DNA of 64,000 nucleotides from Candidatus Bathyarchaeota archaeon (GCA_963777155.1 CAVZPM010000039.1:1-64000), one strand, 5' to 3'. Shown: positions 51,399-61,976, counted from the stretch's first letter. Program-made: numbers and translations. The notes: a model not told the origin generated them from the sequence alone.

Positions 51399-52310
51399 AT
51401 GGATTTATCGGAAAAAATCCAAAAGCTCAAGAAAGAAAAGAAAGCTGTCATACTGGCTCATAATTATCAGCGGCCAGAAATCCAAGACATAGCTGACTAT
51501 GTCGGAGACAGTATTGAACTTAGCCGCAAAGCTGTTGAAGAAAAGGACGCTGAAATAATTGTGTTTTCAGCAGTGGATTTTATGGCTGAATCAGCGGCGA
51601 TTTTGAACCCGAGCAAAAAAGTTCTTTTACCCTGTCTTGGCGCACGCTGCCCGATGGCACAGATGCTTACCGTTGATGAGATAAAACGCGCCAAAAAACA
51701 GTACCCGGACGCTCCCGTGGTTCTCTATGTTAACACTTTAGCTTCGTGCAAAGCCGAATGCGACGTTTGCTGCACAAGCGCCAACGCGGTCGAAGTCATA
51801 AAATCATTATACGCTGACACAATATTGTTTGGTCCAGACAAAAACCTCGCCGAATATGTCGCAGAAAAAACAGGGAAAACACTAATTCCAATCCCTGAAA
51901 ACGGGTTTTGCCCAACACATCTTCTGTTCCAGCCGGAAGACGTCAAAGTCCTAAAGATGCAGCATCCTGAAGCAATGGCTATGGTTCATCCTGAATGCAG
52001 TTCAGAAATGCGCAAAGTAGCTGACTTCGTGGGCAGCACCTCAAAAATGTGCCGTTACGCTAAAGAAAGCCACGCTACAGACTTCATCGTTGGCACAGAA
52101 GAAGGTATTCTGCATAGATTGCGTAAAGAGAACCCGAAGAAAAACTTCCATCTCGCTTATGAGGGCGCCGTTTGCCCCAATATGAAGCTGACAACTCTTG
52201 ATAGACTCTACGCTGCTCTTAAAGAGGAAAAGAATGTGGTTAAGGTTCCGGATGCAATAGCTAATAGAGCCCGCACTTCGCTAGAACGCATGTTTGAAGT
52301 AAAAAACTAA
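51399..52310 (+). CDS. nadA: quinolinate synthase
   Basis: LAHNYQ, CPMA, YVNT, CPTH, HPEC, CPNMK. Confidence 0.96.
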   Translation: MDLSEKIQKLKKEKKAVILAHNYQRPEIQDIADYVGDSIELSRKAVEEKDAEIIVFSAVDFMAESAAILNPSKKVLLPCLGARCPMAQMLTVDEIKRAKKQYPDAPVVLYVNTLASCKAECDVCCTSANAVEVIKSLYADTILFGPDKNLAEYVAEKTGKTLIPIPENGFCPTHLLFQPEDVKVLKMQHPEAMAMVHPECSSEMRKVADFVGSTSKMCRYAKESHATDFIVGTEEGILHRLRKENPKKNFHLAYEGAVCPNMKLTTLDRLYAALKEEKNVVKVPDAIANRARTSLERMFEVKN

Positions 52311-52726
52311 AGTGAAACAATCATTGATTTGAGGATTTTTACTCCTCTTCTTGAAGCCAAGTGGTCACTCAGGTGTCTTATTTCTGAGCCTTTACCTTTT
52401 ACAGCTATAACTTCGAGGCAATCATGTTCGCCTAGGTGTATGTGCATGGTTGAGGAAATCAATTCAGTATGGTGATGCTGTGTTTCCGTCAGGTCGCTTT
52501 CCAGCCCTCTCGTGTCGTGGTTGTAAACCATTAATAGGACGCCTGTTTGTTGAGCGTCTTCATCTTTGACCCATTTACGTTCGGAAACGTAGAGTCTTAC
52601 GGCATCTTGGATGGCTTTGCTGCGGCTTTCGTAGCCCATTTTTGTGGTGATTTCGTCGAAGTCTTTGAGGAGTTCAGGTGGGAAGGTTACACCTATTCGT
52701 GTTATCTTTGACATTTGTGGTCCCAT
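52307..52726 (-). CDS. nikR: nickel-responsive regulator NikR
   Basis: RHH N-terminus (RSKAIQDA), QHHH, HIHL..HDCLE. Confidence 0.92.
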   Translation of the reverse strand: MGPQMSKITRIGVTFPPELLKDFDEITTKMGYESRSKAIQDAVRLYVSERKWVKDEDAQQTGVLLMVYNHDTRGLESDLTETQHHHTELISSTMHIHLGEHDCLEVIAVKGKGSEIRHLSDHLASRRGVKILKSMIVSL

Positions 52727-52767
52727 CTAGACTTTGTTTGTTGTGCCTAAAAGCTTTTATATTAAAG

Positions 52768-52795
52768 GTAACACGTTTCTCAAGAAAAGTGTTAC
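52768..52795. promoter_or_regulatory. NikR operator
   Basis: perfect GTAACAC-N14-GTGTTAC palindrome between TATA and nikM start. Confidence 0.8.
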
Positions 52796-52808
52796 TGAAA
52801 GTGTGTAA

Positions 52809-53474
52809 ATGCACATCTCTGACGGATTAATCCTAAACAACACCTCAATCGTCTTAGCCGTTATTATGTGGATTCTCTCAATCAGTATACTCGCATGATC
52901 CTGGAAAAAAGCACAACAAACCTACACACGCTCAATCACTGCGTTGCTGGCAATTTCGAGTGCGTTTGTTTTCGCTGCACAGATGATAAACTTTCCGATA
53001 ACCTTCGGCACAAGTGGGCATTTAGTCGGTGGAACATTCCTCGCAGTGTTGTTAGGTCCATATGCCGCCATATTAAGCATGACCTTAGTCTTGGGGATGC
53101 AAGCTCTCTTCTTCGCGGACGGAGGAATCGTAGCGTTTGGCATGAACATGTTTAACATGGCAATAATTGGTGGATTAAGCTATTTTCTCATCAGAGCATT
53201 AACAAGAAAAAACAGTAGCCAAAAATGGTTCATATCAAGCGTTTTTATTTCATCATGGATTTCCGTTATGCTTGGCGCAGTAATCACAAGCTTTGAAATT
53301 GCTCCAGCATTTTCAGGCGGCTTAGCGGTAACTTTGCCTTCCATGTTGTTCCTCCATGGGTTAATCGTGGTAGGTGAAGGTGCCATAACAACAGTTCTAG
53401 TAACTTCTATCCAACGATTGAATTCAACGATCATTGGAGGTCTTTCGCTGCTAAAATGGAGAACCGATAAATGA
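52809..53474 (+). pseudogene. cbiM: CbiM/NikM ECF substrate component with in-frame TGA at codon 30
   Basis: MHISDG start, FAAQMINFP, GTSGH, QALFFADGG; TGA at 52896-52898. Confidence 0.85.
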
Positions 53475-53761
53475 GAAAAACTCTCGTGGCTACAATTGCG
53501 ATAGTTATTTTTCTTATTATTTTACTTCCGTTTGCATCGAGCAACCCTGATGGATTAGAAAAAGTGGTAATAATGTATGGCGGACAAGAACATCAAAGCC
53601 TATGGAACGGGATCATGGCGGATTATTCTTTCTTTTCAATTGGAAATCAATATATCTCAACTTTGCTTGCAGGCATATTCGGAGTTGTAGCAGTCTTAGT
53701 AGCTGGTTTGGTTATTAGCAAAGTCATGGCGACAACCCACAAAAGCGCCAAAGAACGCTAA
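53471..53761 (+). CDS. PDGLE-domain NikN/CbiN-like protein
   Basis: ASSNPDGLEKV, DY, two TMs. Confidence 0.85.
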   Translation: MRKTLVATIAIVIFLIILLPFASSNPDGLEKVVIMYGGQEHQSLWNGIMADYSFFSIGNQYISTLLAGIFGVVAVLVAGLVISKVMATTHKSAKER

Positions 53762-53873
53762 CTATCCATGAAGAGTTGAAAAGTCAGCAAGTAACCACTG
53801 ACTGATCCTATCTCGTATAAAAGAGAATACATAACATTTGGTGAGTTGAAAAGTTTTTATCATTGATTTAGCC

Positions 53874-54776
53874 ATGCTAAAGCTGATGTCGGGCAAAGAA
53901 TTTTTCTTAGATCGCTATGAACGGCTGGGTTGGAAATACCGAGAAGTTACCTTGAAGCAGGCCATAAGAATCAACACCATGAATTCGAAAGGAAAAAACC
54001 TCATCGCAAGGCTTGCAGATTTAGGTGTTAACTTGGAAAAAATCCCGTTCCTCGACTCAGGTTACTGGGTGCTTGATTCCAAAGTTTCTGCTGGTGCCAC
54101 AGCCGAATATCTATTGGGGCTGTATTCGATTCAGGAAGTAGCCGCCCAGATCCCAGTTTCTCTCTTCACCCATCCGAAGGGCAAAAAAGTGCTTGACGCA
54201 GCTGCGGCACCCGGAGGAAAAACTGTGCAGTTGGCGGATGTAATGGAAAACTCGGGGGCGATTGCAGCTTTGGATGTGGATAAGCGACGGTTGAATGCGT
54301 TGAGTAACCATTTGGAACGCTGCCATGTTAGCAACACGGTGGTTTATCTGTTGGATGCACGGCGAGCATCAGCGTTAAAGGTCAAGTTTGATCGGGTGCT
54401 AGTGGATGCACCTTGCTCGGGCAATTTTGCATCAGACAGAGATTGGTTCAAAAACAGAACCCTAAAGGATGTGGAGCGCAATGCGAACCTACAACGTGAA
54501 ATAATAGTCAAGGCTGTTGAATGTTTGAGCGATGATGGAGAAATGATTTATTCTACCTGTTCGCTTGAGCCCGAAGAAGACGAATTGAACATTGATTGGG
54601 CAATAAAAAACCTCAATCTTCAAATCGAACAAATCTACTGTCAGGGAGATAAAGGCTTAACCAACATTTTCGGCACACAACTCGACCCATCCATTAAACA
54701 TTGCAGGCGGCTATGGCCTGGAGAAACTCAGGGTTTCTTTGTCTGTAAACTAAAAAAACGGAGCCCCAAACTTTGA
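53874..54776 (+). CDS. NOL1/NOP2/Sun family RNA m5C methyltransferase
   Basis: AAAPGGKT, DAPCSG, YSTCSL. Confidence 0.92.
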   Translation: MLKLMSGKEFFLDRYERLGWKYREVTLKQAIRINTMNSKGKNLIARLADLGVNLEKIPFLDSGYWVLDSKVSAGATAEYLLGLYSIQEVAAQIPVSLFTHPKGKKVLDAAAAPGGKTVQLADVMENSGAIAALDVDKRRLNALSNHLERCHVSNTVVYLLDARRASALKVKFDRVLVDAPCSGNFASDRDWFKNRTLKDVERNANLQREIIVKAVECLSDDGEMIYSTCSLEPEEDELNIDWAIKNLNLQIEQIYCQGDKGLTNIFGTQLDPSIKHCRRLWPGETQGFFVCKLKKRSPKL

Positions 54777-55246
54777 ACTCAAAACCAATAACGAATTTTG
54801 CCGCACAATTCGGTGTCCAAATAGCTTTGAACTTGGATTTGATGGTTGAGAAGAACGGGCGCTTCTATCTGGTGAATCCTGTTTTGAAACCGTTGGTTCA
54901 GCAAGATTTTTTTTGGGCTGGTGTCTATCTTGGGAAGGCTAAGGAGGGCAAGTTTTTTCCAAGTTTTAACTTGCTTGGGATGCTTGCAAGAAACGGTGCT
55001 AATCGAATTATCTTAGATAGGAAAGCTGCTTGGCTTTTTATCTGCGGCAGGGATGTTTTAGGGACGAGTATAGTGCGCGTTTGGGGTCCAGGCAAGAAGA
55101 ATACCAATACTTTAGTGGTAAACGAATTTGGCGAATGTTTAGGTTTTGGCAGAATTGTTGGAAACCTGAGCGGTGAAGGTGCAGGTAAACAAATTGTGGT
55201 TAGGAACGTTTCAGATGTTGGCGATTTTTTGCGTAGAGAACGATAA
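54773..55246 (+). CDS. Nip7-like PUA-domain protein
   Basis: GVYLG, LFICGRDV, LGFG, DVGDFLRRER; coupled to the m5C methyltransferase. Confidence 0.75.
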   Translation: MNSKPITNFAAQFGVQIALNLDLMVEKNGRFYLVNPVLKPLVQQDFFWAGVYLGKAKEGKFFPSFNLLGMLARNGANRIILDRKAAWLFICGRDVLGTSIVRVWGPGKKNTNTLVVNEFGECLGFGRIVGNLSGEGAGKQIVVRNVSDVGDFLRRER

Positions 55247-55462
55247 TGGTGGTTTTTTGGTTATTTGTCCAGTTGTAAGCCATTTTTAGGCGTTTTTTTC
55301 AGCGCATTACACGTGCAGAGTTTAATACACTATTTCAATAATTTGCCTGGTTACTGAACATTTATCAATAATAATGAAGCGATAAACTTAAATATGTTTA
55401 CGTTTAATCTGATTTCCATAACATATGGAGAGCAAAGCCAAGCCTAAGGAGAAATTAATTGA

Positions 55463-56827
55463 ATGAAAAATTTTAAAAACCCAGCCTGGAAAGAAGCAGT
55501 AACAAAAGTAGTCAAACAAATCCAAGAACTAGACATCAAATTTGTCAGACTACAGTTCACTGACATCAACGGCATGTTAAAGAACCTAGCAGTAAGTGCA
55601 AAGAACATTGAAAGCATCTTCGAAAACGGACAATCTTTCGACGGCTCATCGATCACCGGTTACAGGCCAATCGAAGAATCCGACATGGTCCTCTACCCAG
55701 ATCCAACAACTTTCGCCGTACTACCTTGGAGACCAAAAGAAAAATCTTCCTGCAGACTAATCTGTGATGTTTACACTCCACAAAACAAACGTTTTGAAGG
55801 AGATCCACGGTACATTCTAGAACGCGCAGTAGAAAAAGCAAACAAAGCAGGCTACACCTTCATCTGCGCTCCTGAACTGGAATTCTTCATCGTCAAAGAA
55901 AGCGAAAATGGCGGATTACCAAAACCCATCGATTTAGCAGGGTACTTTGACTTTCACCCAAGCGACCTAACCGACGACCTACGTCGAGAAATCGCAGACA
56001 CCGCAGAAGCATTCGGCATAGAAATCGAGATCAGTCACCACGAAGTCGCCCTCGGACAAAATGAAATCGACTTCAAATACGGCGAAGCGCTCGTTACTGC
56101 CGACCGCGCTATAACTATGCGGATGTGCGGCAAAGTCGTTGCTGCACGTGCAGGTTACGTTACAACATACATGCCCAAACCCTTCCAAGGCATAAACGGA
56201 AGCGGCATGCACTGCCACATGAGCCTCTGGAACAAAGAGAACACTCAAAACCTCTTTTATGCAGACGACGCCAAGAACGGTTTCCTCTCAGACCTGGCAA
56301 GAAACTACATCGGTGGACAACTAGCCCATGGACGCAAAATGGCTGCAGTCCTTAACTCGTGGCCAAACAGTTACAAACGGTTAGTCCCAGGCTACGAAGC
56401 CCCAGTTTACCTTGCATGGGCACACAAAAACCGTAGTCCCCTCATCCGTGTCCCTAACTTTGGCGGCAGAAAGAACGCAGCAAGATGCGAAATCCGTTGC
56501 CCAGACGGCGCAGGCAACCCATACCTACAATTCGCGGTGCTCCTAGCAACCGGCTTAGACGGAATCAAGAACAAGATTGACCCAGGCGACCCAGTTGAAC
56601 TAAACGTTTACCATATGACCTATGAAGAACGCAAAGAACGCGGCATAGTATCCCTGCCAGAAAACCTCAAAGAAGCACTCGACGAACTTGAAACCAGCGA
56701 CTTAATGCGAGAAACCCTTGGTCCAGTCACATTCGAGAACTTCCTCAAAGAGAAACGTCACGAATGGGACCTCTACCGCACCCAGGTCACCGAGTGGGAA
56801 GTCAACCGCTACATCAAACGGCTCTAA
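55463..56827 (+). CDS. glnA: glutamine synthetase type I
   Basis: FDGSS, ELEFF, HHEV, MPKP, NGSGMH, PGYEAP, EIRCPD. Confidence 0.96.
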   Translation: MKNFKNPAWKEAVTKVVKQIQELDIKFVRLQFTDINGMLKNLAVSAKNIESIFENGQSFDGSSITGYRPIEESDMVLYPDPTTFAVLPWRPKEKSSCRLICDVYTPQNKRFEGDPRYILERAVEKANKAGYTFICAPELEFFIVKESENGGLPKPIDLAGYFDFHPSDLTDDLRREIADTAEAFGIEIEISHHEVALGQNEIDFKYGEALVTADRAITMRMCGKVVAARAGYVTTYMPKPFQGINGSGMHCHMSLWNKENTQNLFYADDAKNGFLSDLARNYIGGQLAHGRKMAAVLNSWPNSYKRLVPGYEAPVYLAWAHKNRSPLIRVPNFGGRKNAARCEIRCPDGAGNPYLQFAVLLATGLDGIKNKIDPGDPVELNVYHMTYEERKERGIVSLPENLKEALDELETSDLMRETLGPVTFENFLKEKRHEWDLYRTQVTEWEVNRYIKRL

Positions 56828-56870
56828 ACCAAAAGAAGTAAGCCTTTTGGCTTACAAAAAATTTTCTTTT

Positions 56871-58145
56871 TTAATTCTTAATCTTTTCAACCAATTTATC
56901 TATAGGTATCGTGTTTTGCTGTCTATTTACTAAATCCTTCAAAACTACAGCGCCCTCTTTGAGTTCACGTTCTCCGACGATTACTGCAAAATCGATTTTT
57001 CGTTTATCTGCATCTTCGAGGGCTTTAGCCATTTTTCTTCCCATAACCTCAAACTCCACCAATATTCCGGAGGCACGTAAGGTCTGGGCTATTTTTAGTG
57101 CTTGAGACTTTAACTCTTCAGTTATGGAAATAACGGTTACTTTTTTTTCCGCTGTGGCAGTGAGAGCTGCTTTTTGAGTCTGTAAAGCAATTGCAACTCG
57201 ATCAATTCCATGGGCACAGCCGACTGCGGGTGTGGGTTCGCCGCCGAAGGCTTCGATGAGTCTATCGTATCGCCCTCCGCCACCCAATGCAATCTCCAAT
57301 TCAGGAATGTAGATTTCAAAAATTATTCCAGTGTAGTATTCTAGTCCTCTGGCAAACGCGGGTTCAACAATTATTGGTGGATTAGCGTTTTCAACTACGA
57401 GTTTGATCACTTTCGCGAGGTTTTCTACTGCCGCTTTCGCCTTATCGTATGTGGCAACATAGGTTTGGATTTGTTCAACCGCATCGAGCCAATCGTTGCC
57501 TCTAATTTCAAGTAGTCCTCTAAGCATACTTCGGCACTTATCAGCCTCTACTAACTTAAGTGCGGCATCGTACTCTTTTTTGTCCATATATTGCAATACT
57601 GCATTCTGAGTTTTCTCGTCTACACCCTCTTGGCTAAGAATTCCTCGAATGATGCCTATATGCCCAATTTTGAAGGCATATCCTTTTAGCCCTAAAGCCT
57701 GCATCAAACTATTTGTGAGTAGGATTATTTCGGCATCTGCTTCAGGTTTAGCAGACCCCATGAGCTCAAAGTTTGACTGCCAGAATTCCCTGTACCGTCC
57801 ACGTTGCGGCTCATCATAACGGTATACAGTTCCTACAGAGAACAACCGCAACGGCTTGGGCTCATTTTTTAGGGTTGTTGTCGCTAGACGGGCGATGGAT
57901 GCAGTAAACTCGGGTCTCAGGGCAACTTGGCGGTCGCCGAGGTCTTTGAAGATGAACATGCGTTGCCGGATTTCCTCGCCTGATTTGGCGCTTAACAGTT
58001 CAAGAGGCTCTACATGTGGTGTGATGACTTCTTTGTAGCCATAGAGTGTAGCGTTTTCTCTGGCTTTAGCTATTATGTGAGTGAATGTTTGTGCTTCTTC
58101 TCCGGTTAGGTCTCTCATTCCGCGGACAGGTTGGAAAGCAGGCAT
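56871..58145 (-). CDS. hisS: histidyl-tRNA synthetase
   Basis: LRPEFT, GRYREF, RGLEYYTG, GGGRYD. Confidence 0.96.
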   Translation of the reverse strand: MPAFQPVRGMRDLTGEEAQTFTHIIAKARENATLYGYKEVITPHVEPLELLSAKSGEEIRQRMFIFKDLGDRQVALRPEFTASIARLATTTLKNEPKPLRLFSVGTVYRYDEPQRGRYREFWQSNFELMGSAKPEADAEIILLTNSLMQALGLKGYAFKIGHIGIIRGILSQEGVDEKTQNAVLQYMDKKEYDAALKLVEADKCRSMLRGLLEIRGNDWLDAVEQIQTYVATYDKAKAAVENLAKVIKLVVENANPPIIVEPAFARGLEYYTGIIFEIYIPELEIALGGGGRYDRLIEAFGGEPTPAVGCAHGIDRVAIALQTQKAALTATAEKKVTVISITEELKSQALKIAQTLRASGILVEFEVMGRKMAKALEDADKRKIDFAVIVGERELKEGAVVLKDLVNRQQNTIPIDKLVEKIKN

Positions 58146-58288
58146 GTATTGATCTCCAGGATAGCTTAAGATGGGGCGATTATTCTTTTAAACTCTCGCA
58201 CTGCAGAAACAAGGTATGTGCTTAAATCGTTAAGGGGTTAGTCTAAATTGGTGGTTTTTCAAGCCATTAACATGTTGAAAAGGGGGTA

Positions 58289-59092
58289 TTATGGTTTGTA
58301 CGCTTCTACTTCGAGCCGCATCATACCCAAATGAACCACACCGTCCGTGTCTGCGGGGTGGTTTTTGAGATAGCGTGCAGTGATTTCTTTAACGAACATA
58401 TCCCGCTTTTCAGCAGGCAACCGTTCAGTATAGGGTAACCACGTGGTTCTTATCCAACCCGCCAATCCTTCTGCGCCCGCATGCTTCATGTCTCTAGGAA
58501 AAAGCTCAACACGCAGTGGCTTTAACCCTGCCTCATGAAGAAATTCTCCGTATTCTTCTGCGCTAAAGAATCCGTAGGGAAAAGAGAAGCCTTCAAAAAA
58601 ATTTTTCCAAGAGCTATTGGTTAGTAGATCTTTTAGGATTGAGATTATGTCTTTGGCGTTGCCTTTGCCAGCCATCTGGACTATGAATCTTCCCTTTGGT
58701 CTCAGACTTCTGTGAATGCCTTTCAAAACTGCTTTCTGGTCGACAATCCAATGTAGAGCTGCATTAGAAAATATCAGATCGAATTCTTGGTCAAACGTGA
58801 TTTTTCGGGCATCCATAACTTGAAAACTAAGATTAGGATACTCTTGCTTGGGGAAAGTGCTCTGTGCAAGATTGATCATTTGGGTTGAACTATCGATGCC
58901 AACTGCTTTGCCCTCTGGGAGGCATTTGCTTATTTCCGCGGTAATTTTTCCGTCGCCACATCCAATGTCCAACAGAGCTTCGTTTCCTATGAGTTTTAAT
59001 TTTGGGATGAGTTCTTGTGCCCATTGAAATTGGTTCTGAGAATTCTTTGCGTAATCTTTTGCGTCCCAGGCGTAACTTTTGGATTTATTCAT
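58289..59092 (-). CDS. class I SAM methyltransferase (Tam-like)
   Basis: LDIGCGDG, FSNAALHW. Confidence 0.88.
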   Translation of the reverse strand: MNKSKSYAWDAKDYAKNSQNQFQWAQELIPKLKLIGNEALLDIGCGDGKITAEISKCLPEGKAVGIDSSTQMINLAQSTFPKQEYPNLSFQVMDARKITFDQEFDLIFSNAALHWIVDQKAVLKGIHRSLRPKGRFIVQMAGKGNAKDIISILKDLLTNSSWKNFFEGFSFPYGFFSAEEYGEFLHEAGLKPLRVELFPRDMKHAGAEGLAGWIRTTWLPYTERLPAEKRDMFVKEITARYLKNHPADTDGVVHLGMMRLEVEAYKP

Positions 59093-59109
59093 CTTGGTCC
59101 TGCTCTATC

Positions 59110-59661
59110 TTACTGAAACTCAGACGGGGAGACAGAGTAGTGTACGATTTCACCTCTACGGTTGATGACAGCTAAAATTAGCTCTTTCTTTTGGCTCTTG
59201 CACTTCCCCAATGCGTTTGCAAGGTCGTTTATTGGAAGCGGCTTACCCTCCTGCGTTCCCATAATCAAATAGGGCGCGATGTCTTTGCCGTATGTGCCTC
59301 GCTCATAGATGCGGAAGTCGATTCCACCTCCGAAGCCTTCCCTGACAACGTAGCCGCGACTTCGGAGGTCACGGTAAACCAAGTAGTTGACCCATGCGTT
59401 CTCGTTTTGGGCTTCATAACAGTGTAGTAGGCTCTGGAAATCGACGACTTTGCCTCTTTCTCCCTTTACTTCAAGCATTCCTTTGTCTAAAAGATAGAGT
59501 GACTCGTAAAAGGTGAGTGTGAAAACCTTGCTCTCTATTGTGCCGTAGCCTCGTGAAGAGAGTGCATCGATGTTGCTTTGCTCGGAGATAGTGACACCTT
59601 TCTCTGCGAGTACGCCGCTGGTTCTGAATTCTACTGAGGGTGCCTTTTTGTTTTCACTCAT
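59110..59661 (-). CDS. endA: tRNA-splicing endonuclease subunit, probably structural (beta)
   Basis: VYRDLRSRGYVV, DFRIY; catalytic His position reads KDIAPYL. Confidence 0.8.
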   Translation of the reverse strand: MSENKKAPSVEFRTSGVLAEKGVTISEQSNIDALSSRGYGTIESKVFTLTFYESLYLLDKGMLEVKGERGKVVDFQSLLHCYEAQNENAWVNYLVYRDLRSRGYVVREGFGGGIDFRIYERGTYGKDIAPYLIMGTQEGKPLPINDLANALGKCKSQKKELILAVINRRGEIVHYSVSPSEFQ

Positions 59662-59689
59662 TACTTAATCGCTACTTTACTGTTCTGTG

Positions 59690-60718
59690 CTATACTTTTC
59701 CTTTTCTGAAATCGCCAAAATCCTTGCTGTAGATGACACGGCTTTCTGTTATGATAGCTGTGACGTATTTGAGGGGTGTCGGATCGAAAGAGGGATTCAT
59801 AACCTTTACGCCGTGGGGTGCAACTTGGATGCCTCCGATGTGGGTAACTTCTTCAGGTTTGCGTTCTTCTATTTCGATGTCGGCGGCCTCTCGGGAGAGG
59901 TCAAAAGTGGATTTGGGCGCAGCTACATAGAATGGGATTCTGTGTTCATGAGCCAAAATTGCGACACTGTATGTGCCTATCTTGTTGAAGACTGCATCCT
60001 GCACGATTCGGTCGGCGCCAACAATCACCAAGTTGACTAGGTTTTTGCTCATGATATAGCCTGCCATATTATCAGTGATAAGGGTGACTGGGATGCCGTC
60101 GCGTTTTAGCTCGTAGGCTGTGAGTCTCGCACCCTGCAGGAGCGGGCGGGTTTCGTCTGCTATGACGTTGATTTTTTTGCCCTCTTCCCACGCTGATCGA
60201 ACCACTCCAAGAGCGGTTCCATACTCAACCGTTGCCAACTCACCTGCGTTGCAATGTGTTAGGATGGTATCACCGTCTTTAATGAGAACCGAGCCGTTCT
60301 TGCCTATTGCGTGGTTCTGAGCCGCATCTTCGTCAGCGATTTTCTGTGCTTCCATGATTACAGCTACCTTTAGTTCATCTGCGGTCCCTGAAAAGCTCCG
60401 CGCCATGGTTAAGACGCGATCAATTCCCCAAAATAGGTTCACAGCTGTGGGTCTTTGTCTTTTGATAATGGTGCCTGCAGTTTCCAATTCCATCATCAAT
60501 TTAGCCTTATCTTTTGCCTCAGAACTGTACGCTGCTAATGCCACGCCAAACCCTGCAGCTGCACCCAAAAGCGGCGCGCCCCGAACGCGGAGCATCTTAA
60601 TGGCTTCTGCCATCTGATCAACGGTTTTAATTTCTAGAGTGACTTCTTGGAGGGGGAGCTTGGTTTGGTCCAGTGTTATGACGGTTCCCTTTTGCCACTT
60701 AATCATCCGCATGTACAT
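59690..60718 (-). CDS. mtnA: methylthioribose-1-phosphate isomerase (eIF2B-like family)
   Basis: DQTKLP, VRGAP, RPTAVNL, THCNAG, ETRP. Confidence 0.9.
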   Translation of the reverse strand: MYMRMIKWQKGTVITLDQTKLPLQEVTLEIKTVDQMAEAIKMLRVRGAPLLGAAAGFGVALAAYSSEAKDKAKLMMELETAGTIIKRQRPTAVNLFWGIDRVLTMARSFSGTADELKVAVIMEAQKIADEDAAQNHAIGKNGSVLIKDGDTILTHCNAGELATVEYGTALGVVRSAWEEGKKINVIADETRPLLQGARLTAYELKRDGIPVTLITDNMAGYIMSKNLVNLVIVGADRIVQDAVFNKIGTYSVAILAHEHRIPFYVAAPKSTFDLSREAADIEIEERKPEEVTHIGGIQVAPHGVKVMNPSFDPTPLKYVTAIITESRVIYSKDFGDFRKGKV

Positions 60719-60779
60719 ACCTCAAATGTAACTTCAGTGTTAACGGTTAGTTGGGGATGGTTGTTTTAAGGATTTTCTA

Positions 60780-61181
60780 TCAATGTGGTTTGAACCGTTG
60801 AACTAAATCAAACAGGTTGCCGTAGAGATCCTCCAAAACCACGTCAATGCCCCAAGCTTGCACCTGGGGTTTGCCGTAGAATTTAATGCCTCTAGCTTTA
60901 AGCGCCTTGTACTCTTTTCGACAATCATCTGTCTCCAATGTGAGGAACACATGGTCTCCTGCCTGCTTTCCCAGCGCTCTACGTTTTTCTTCGCTATCAG
61001 CCAAAATAAAGGTTAACTCAAGGTCCATCTGGTCTTTGGGCGAAACGGTGACCCAACGCATTGGTCCCAATGTGAGGTCTTGGCGTTTCTGGAATCCGAG
61101 TTTTTCCGTGTAGAATTTTAAGGCTTCATCTATTTCTTTTACAAGCAGAGTTATGTGGCCTATTTTATTCATCGTTACCAC
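60780..61181 (-). CDS. VOC/glyoxalase family protein
   Basis: FYTEKLGF, RWVTV, EDLYGN. Confidence 0.88.
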   Translation of the reverse strand: MVTMNKIGHITLLVKEIDEALKFYTEKLGFQKRQDLTLGPMRWVTVSPKDQMDLELTFILADSEEKRRALGKQAGDHVFLTLETDDCRKEYKALKARGIKFYGKPQVQAWGIDVVLEDLYGNLFDLVQRFKPH

Positions 61182-61223
61182 CCAACATTGGTTAATTGAA
61201 GAAAAGGTTGGCTTAAGTTTTAC

Positions 61224-61976
61224 TTAAGCTGATGTATCAAAGGGTGATTTAAGGTGGGTGACGACTTCGACGGGTGAGTCTTCGCCTGACTTTAGCCGTT
61301 TCTTCCATTCTTCGCCGACAGCGATGAGTGAAAAGATGCCTGAAACTTCAGCCTTCGATTTCTTAACAAGATTCACTAGTGCCTCTTGGGTTTCACCGCT
61401 CTTGATCATGTCATCAACAATCAGTACGCTGTCACGTTTCTTAATCGATTCTTTGGGAATGTAGAGGGTTACGGTGACACCTGAATCGCGACCTAAAATG
61501 TAGGTTTCTTCTATGAAAGATTTGACGCCGACTTCCTTGTTGCGTTTGGCAACGATAAGGTTTACACCTAGCGAGTTGGCGACCATGGTGGCTAAGGGGA
61601 TGCCGTCGACGGCTGCAGTTAATATTTTGGTAACACGTTTGCCTGCGAAATTGGCGAGGGCGTGGTTTGCAGCTTGTTGGAGGATGTTGTAGTCGCCGAC
61701 GATTTCGGTATTGTCAAAATAGCCTATGTCGTCGAATTTTATTCTGCTGCGAAGTTCCGCTTCTAGACCGACAAGTTTGGTTAGGACACGCCAGAGTTGT
61801 TTGGCTCGGGTTGTGTTTGGGAGGACATGTCCTTTTGCATAGCGGCTAAGCACGGTGACTGGCAAGCCTGTTTTTGTGGCTAACTCCCTATAGGTGATGT
61901 TGCGTTTGTATTTTGCTGTTCTAAGCAACTCGATTGTCATTAAACGAAGTTTCAAATCCTCTGCGTGAGTGCTCAT
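61224..61976 (-). CDS. HTH + phosphoribosyltransferase (PurR-like) protein
   Basis: LSRYAKGHVLP HTH, DGIPLA, LIVDDMIKSGET. Confidence 0.85.
   Translation of the reverse strand: MSTHAEDLKLRLMTIELLRTAKYKRNITYRELATKTGLPVTVLSRYAKGHVLPNTTRAKQLWRVLTKLVGLEAELRSRIKFDDIGYFDNTEIVGDYNILQQAANHALANFAGKRVTKILTAAVDGIPLATMVANSLGVNLIVAKRNKEVGVKSFIEETYILGRDSGVTVTLYIPKESIKKRDSVLIVDDMIKSGETQEALVNLVKKSKAEVSGIFSLIAVGEEWKKRLKSGEDSPVEVVTHLKSPFDTSA

Noticed and set aside
52896-52898. Selenocysteine or genome-wide TGA recoding in cbiM
   Set aside because: Position fits Trp rather than Cys, no SECIS seen, TGA ends many normal genes here, and the SelB-like gene is the degenerate SelBL type
53773-53854. 12-bp direct repeat gagttgaaaagt as a deletion scar of cbiQO
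   Set aside because: Short and AT-rich, overlaps a promoter-like BRE/TATA; a deletion would leave one copy, not two
55392-55426. atatgtt/aacatat inverted repeat upstream of glnA as a nitrogen operator
   Set aside because: AT-rich with long spacer; does not match NrpR (GGAA-N6-TTCC) or GlnR spacing
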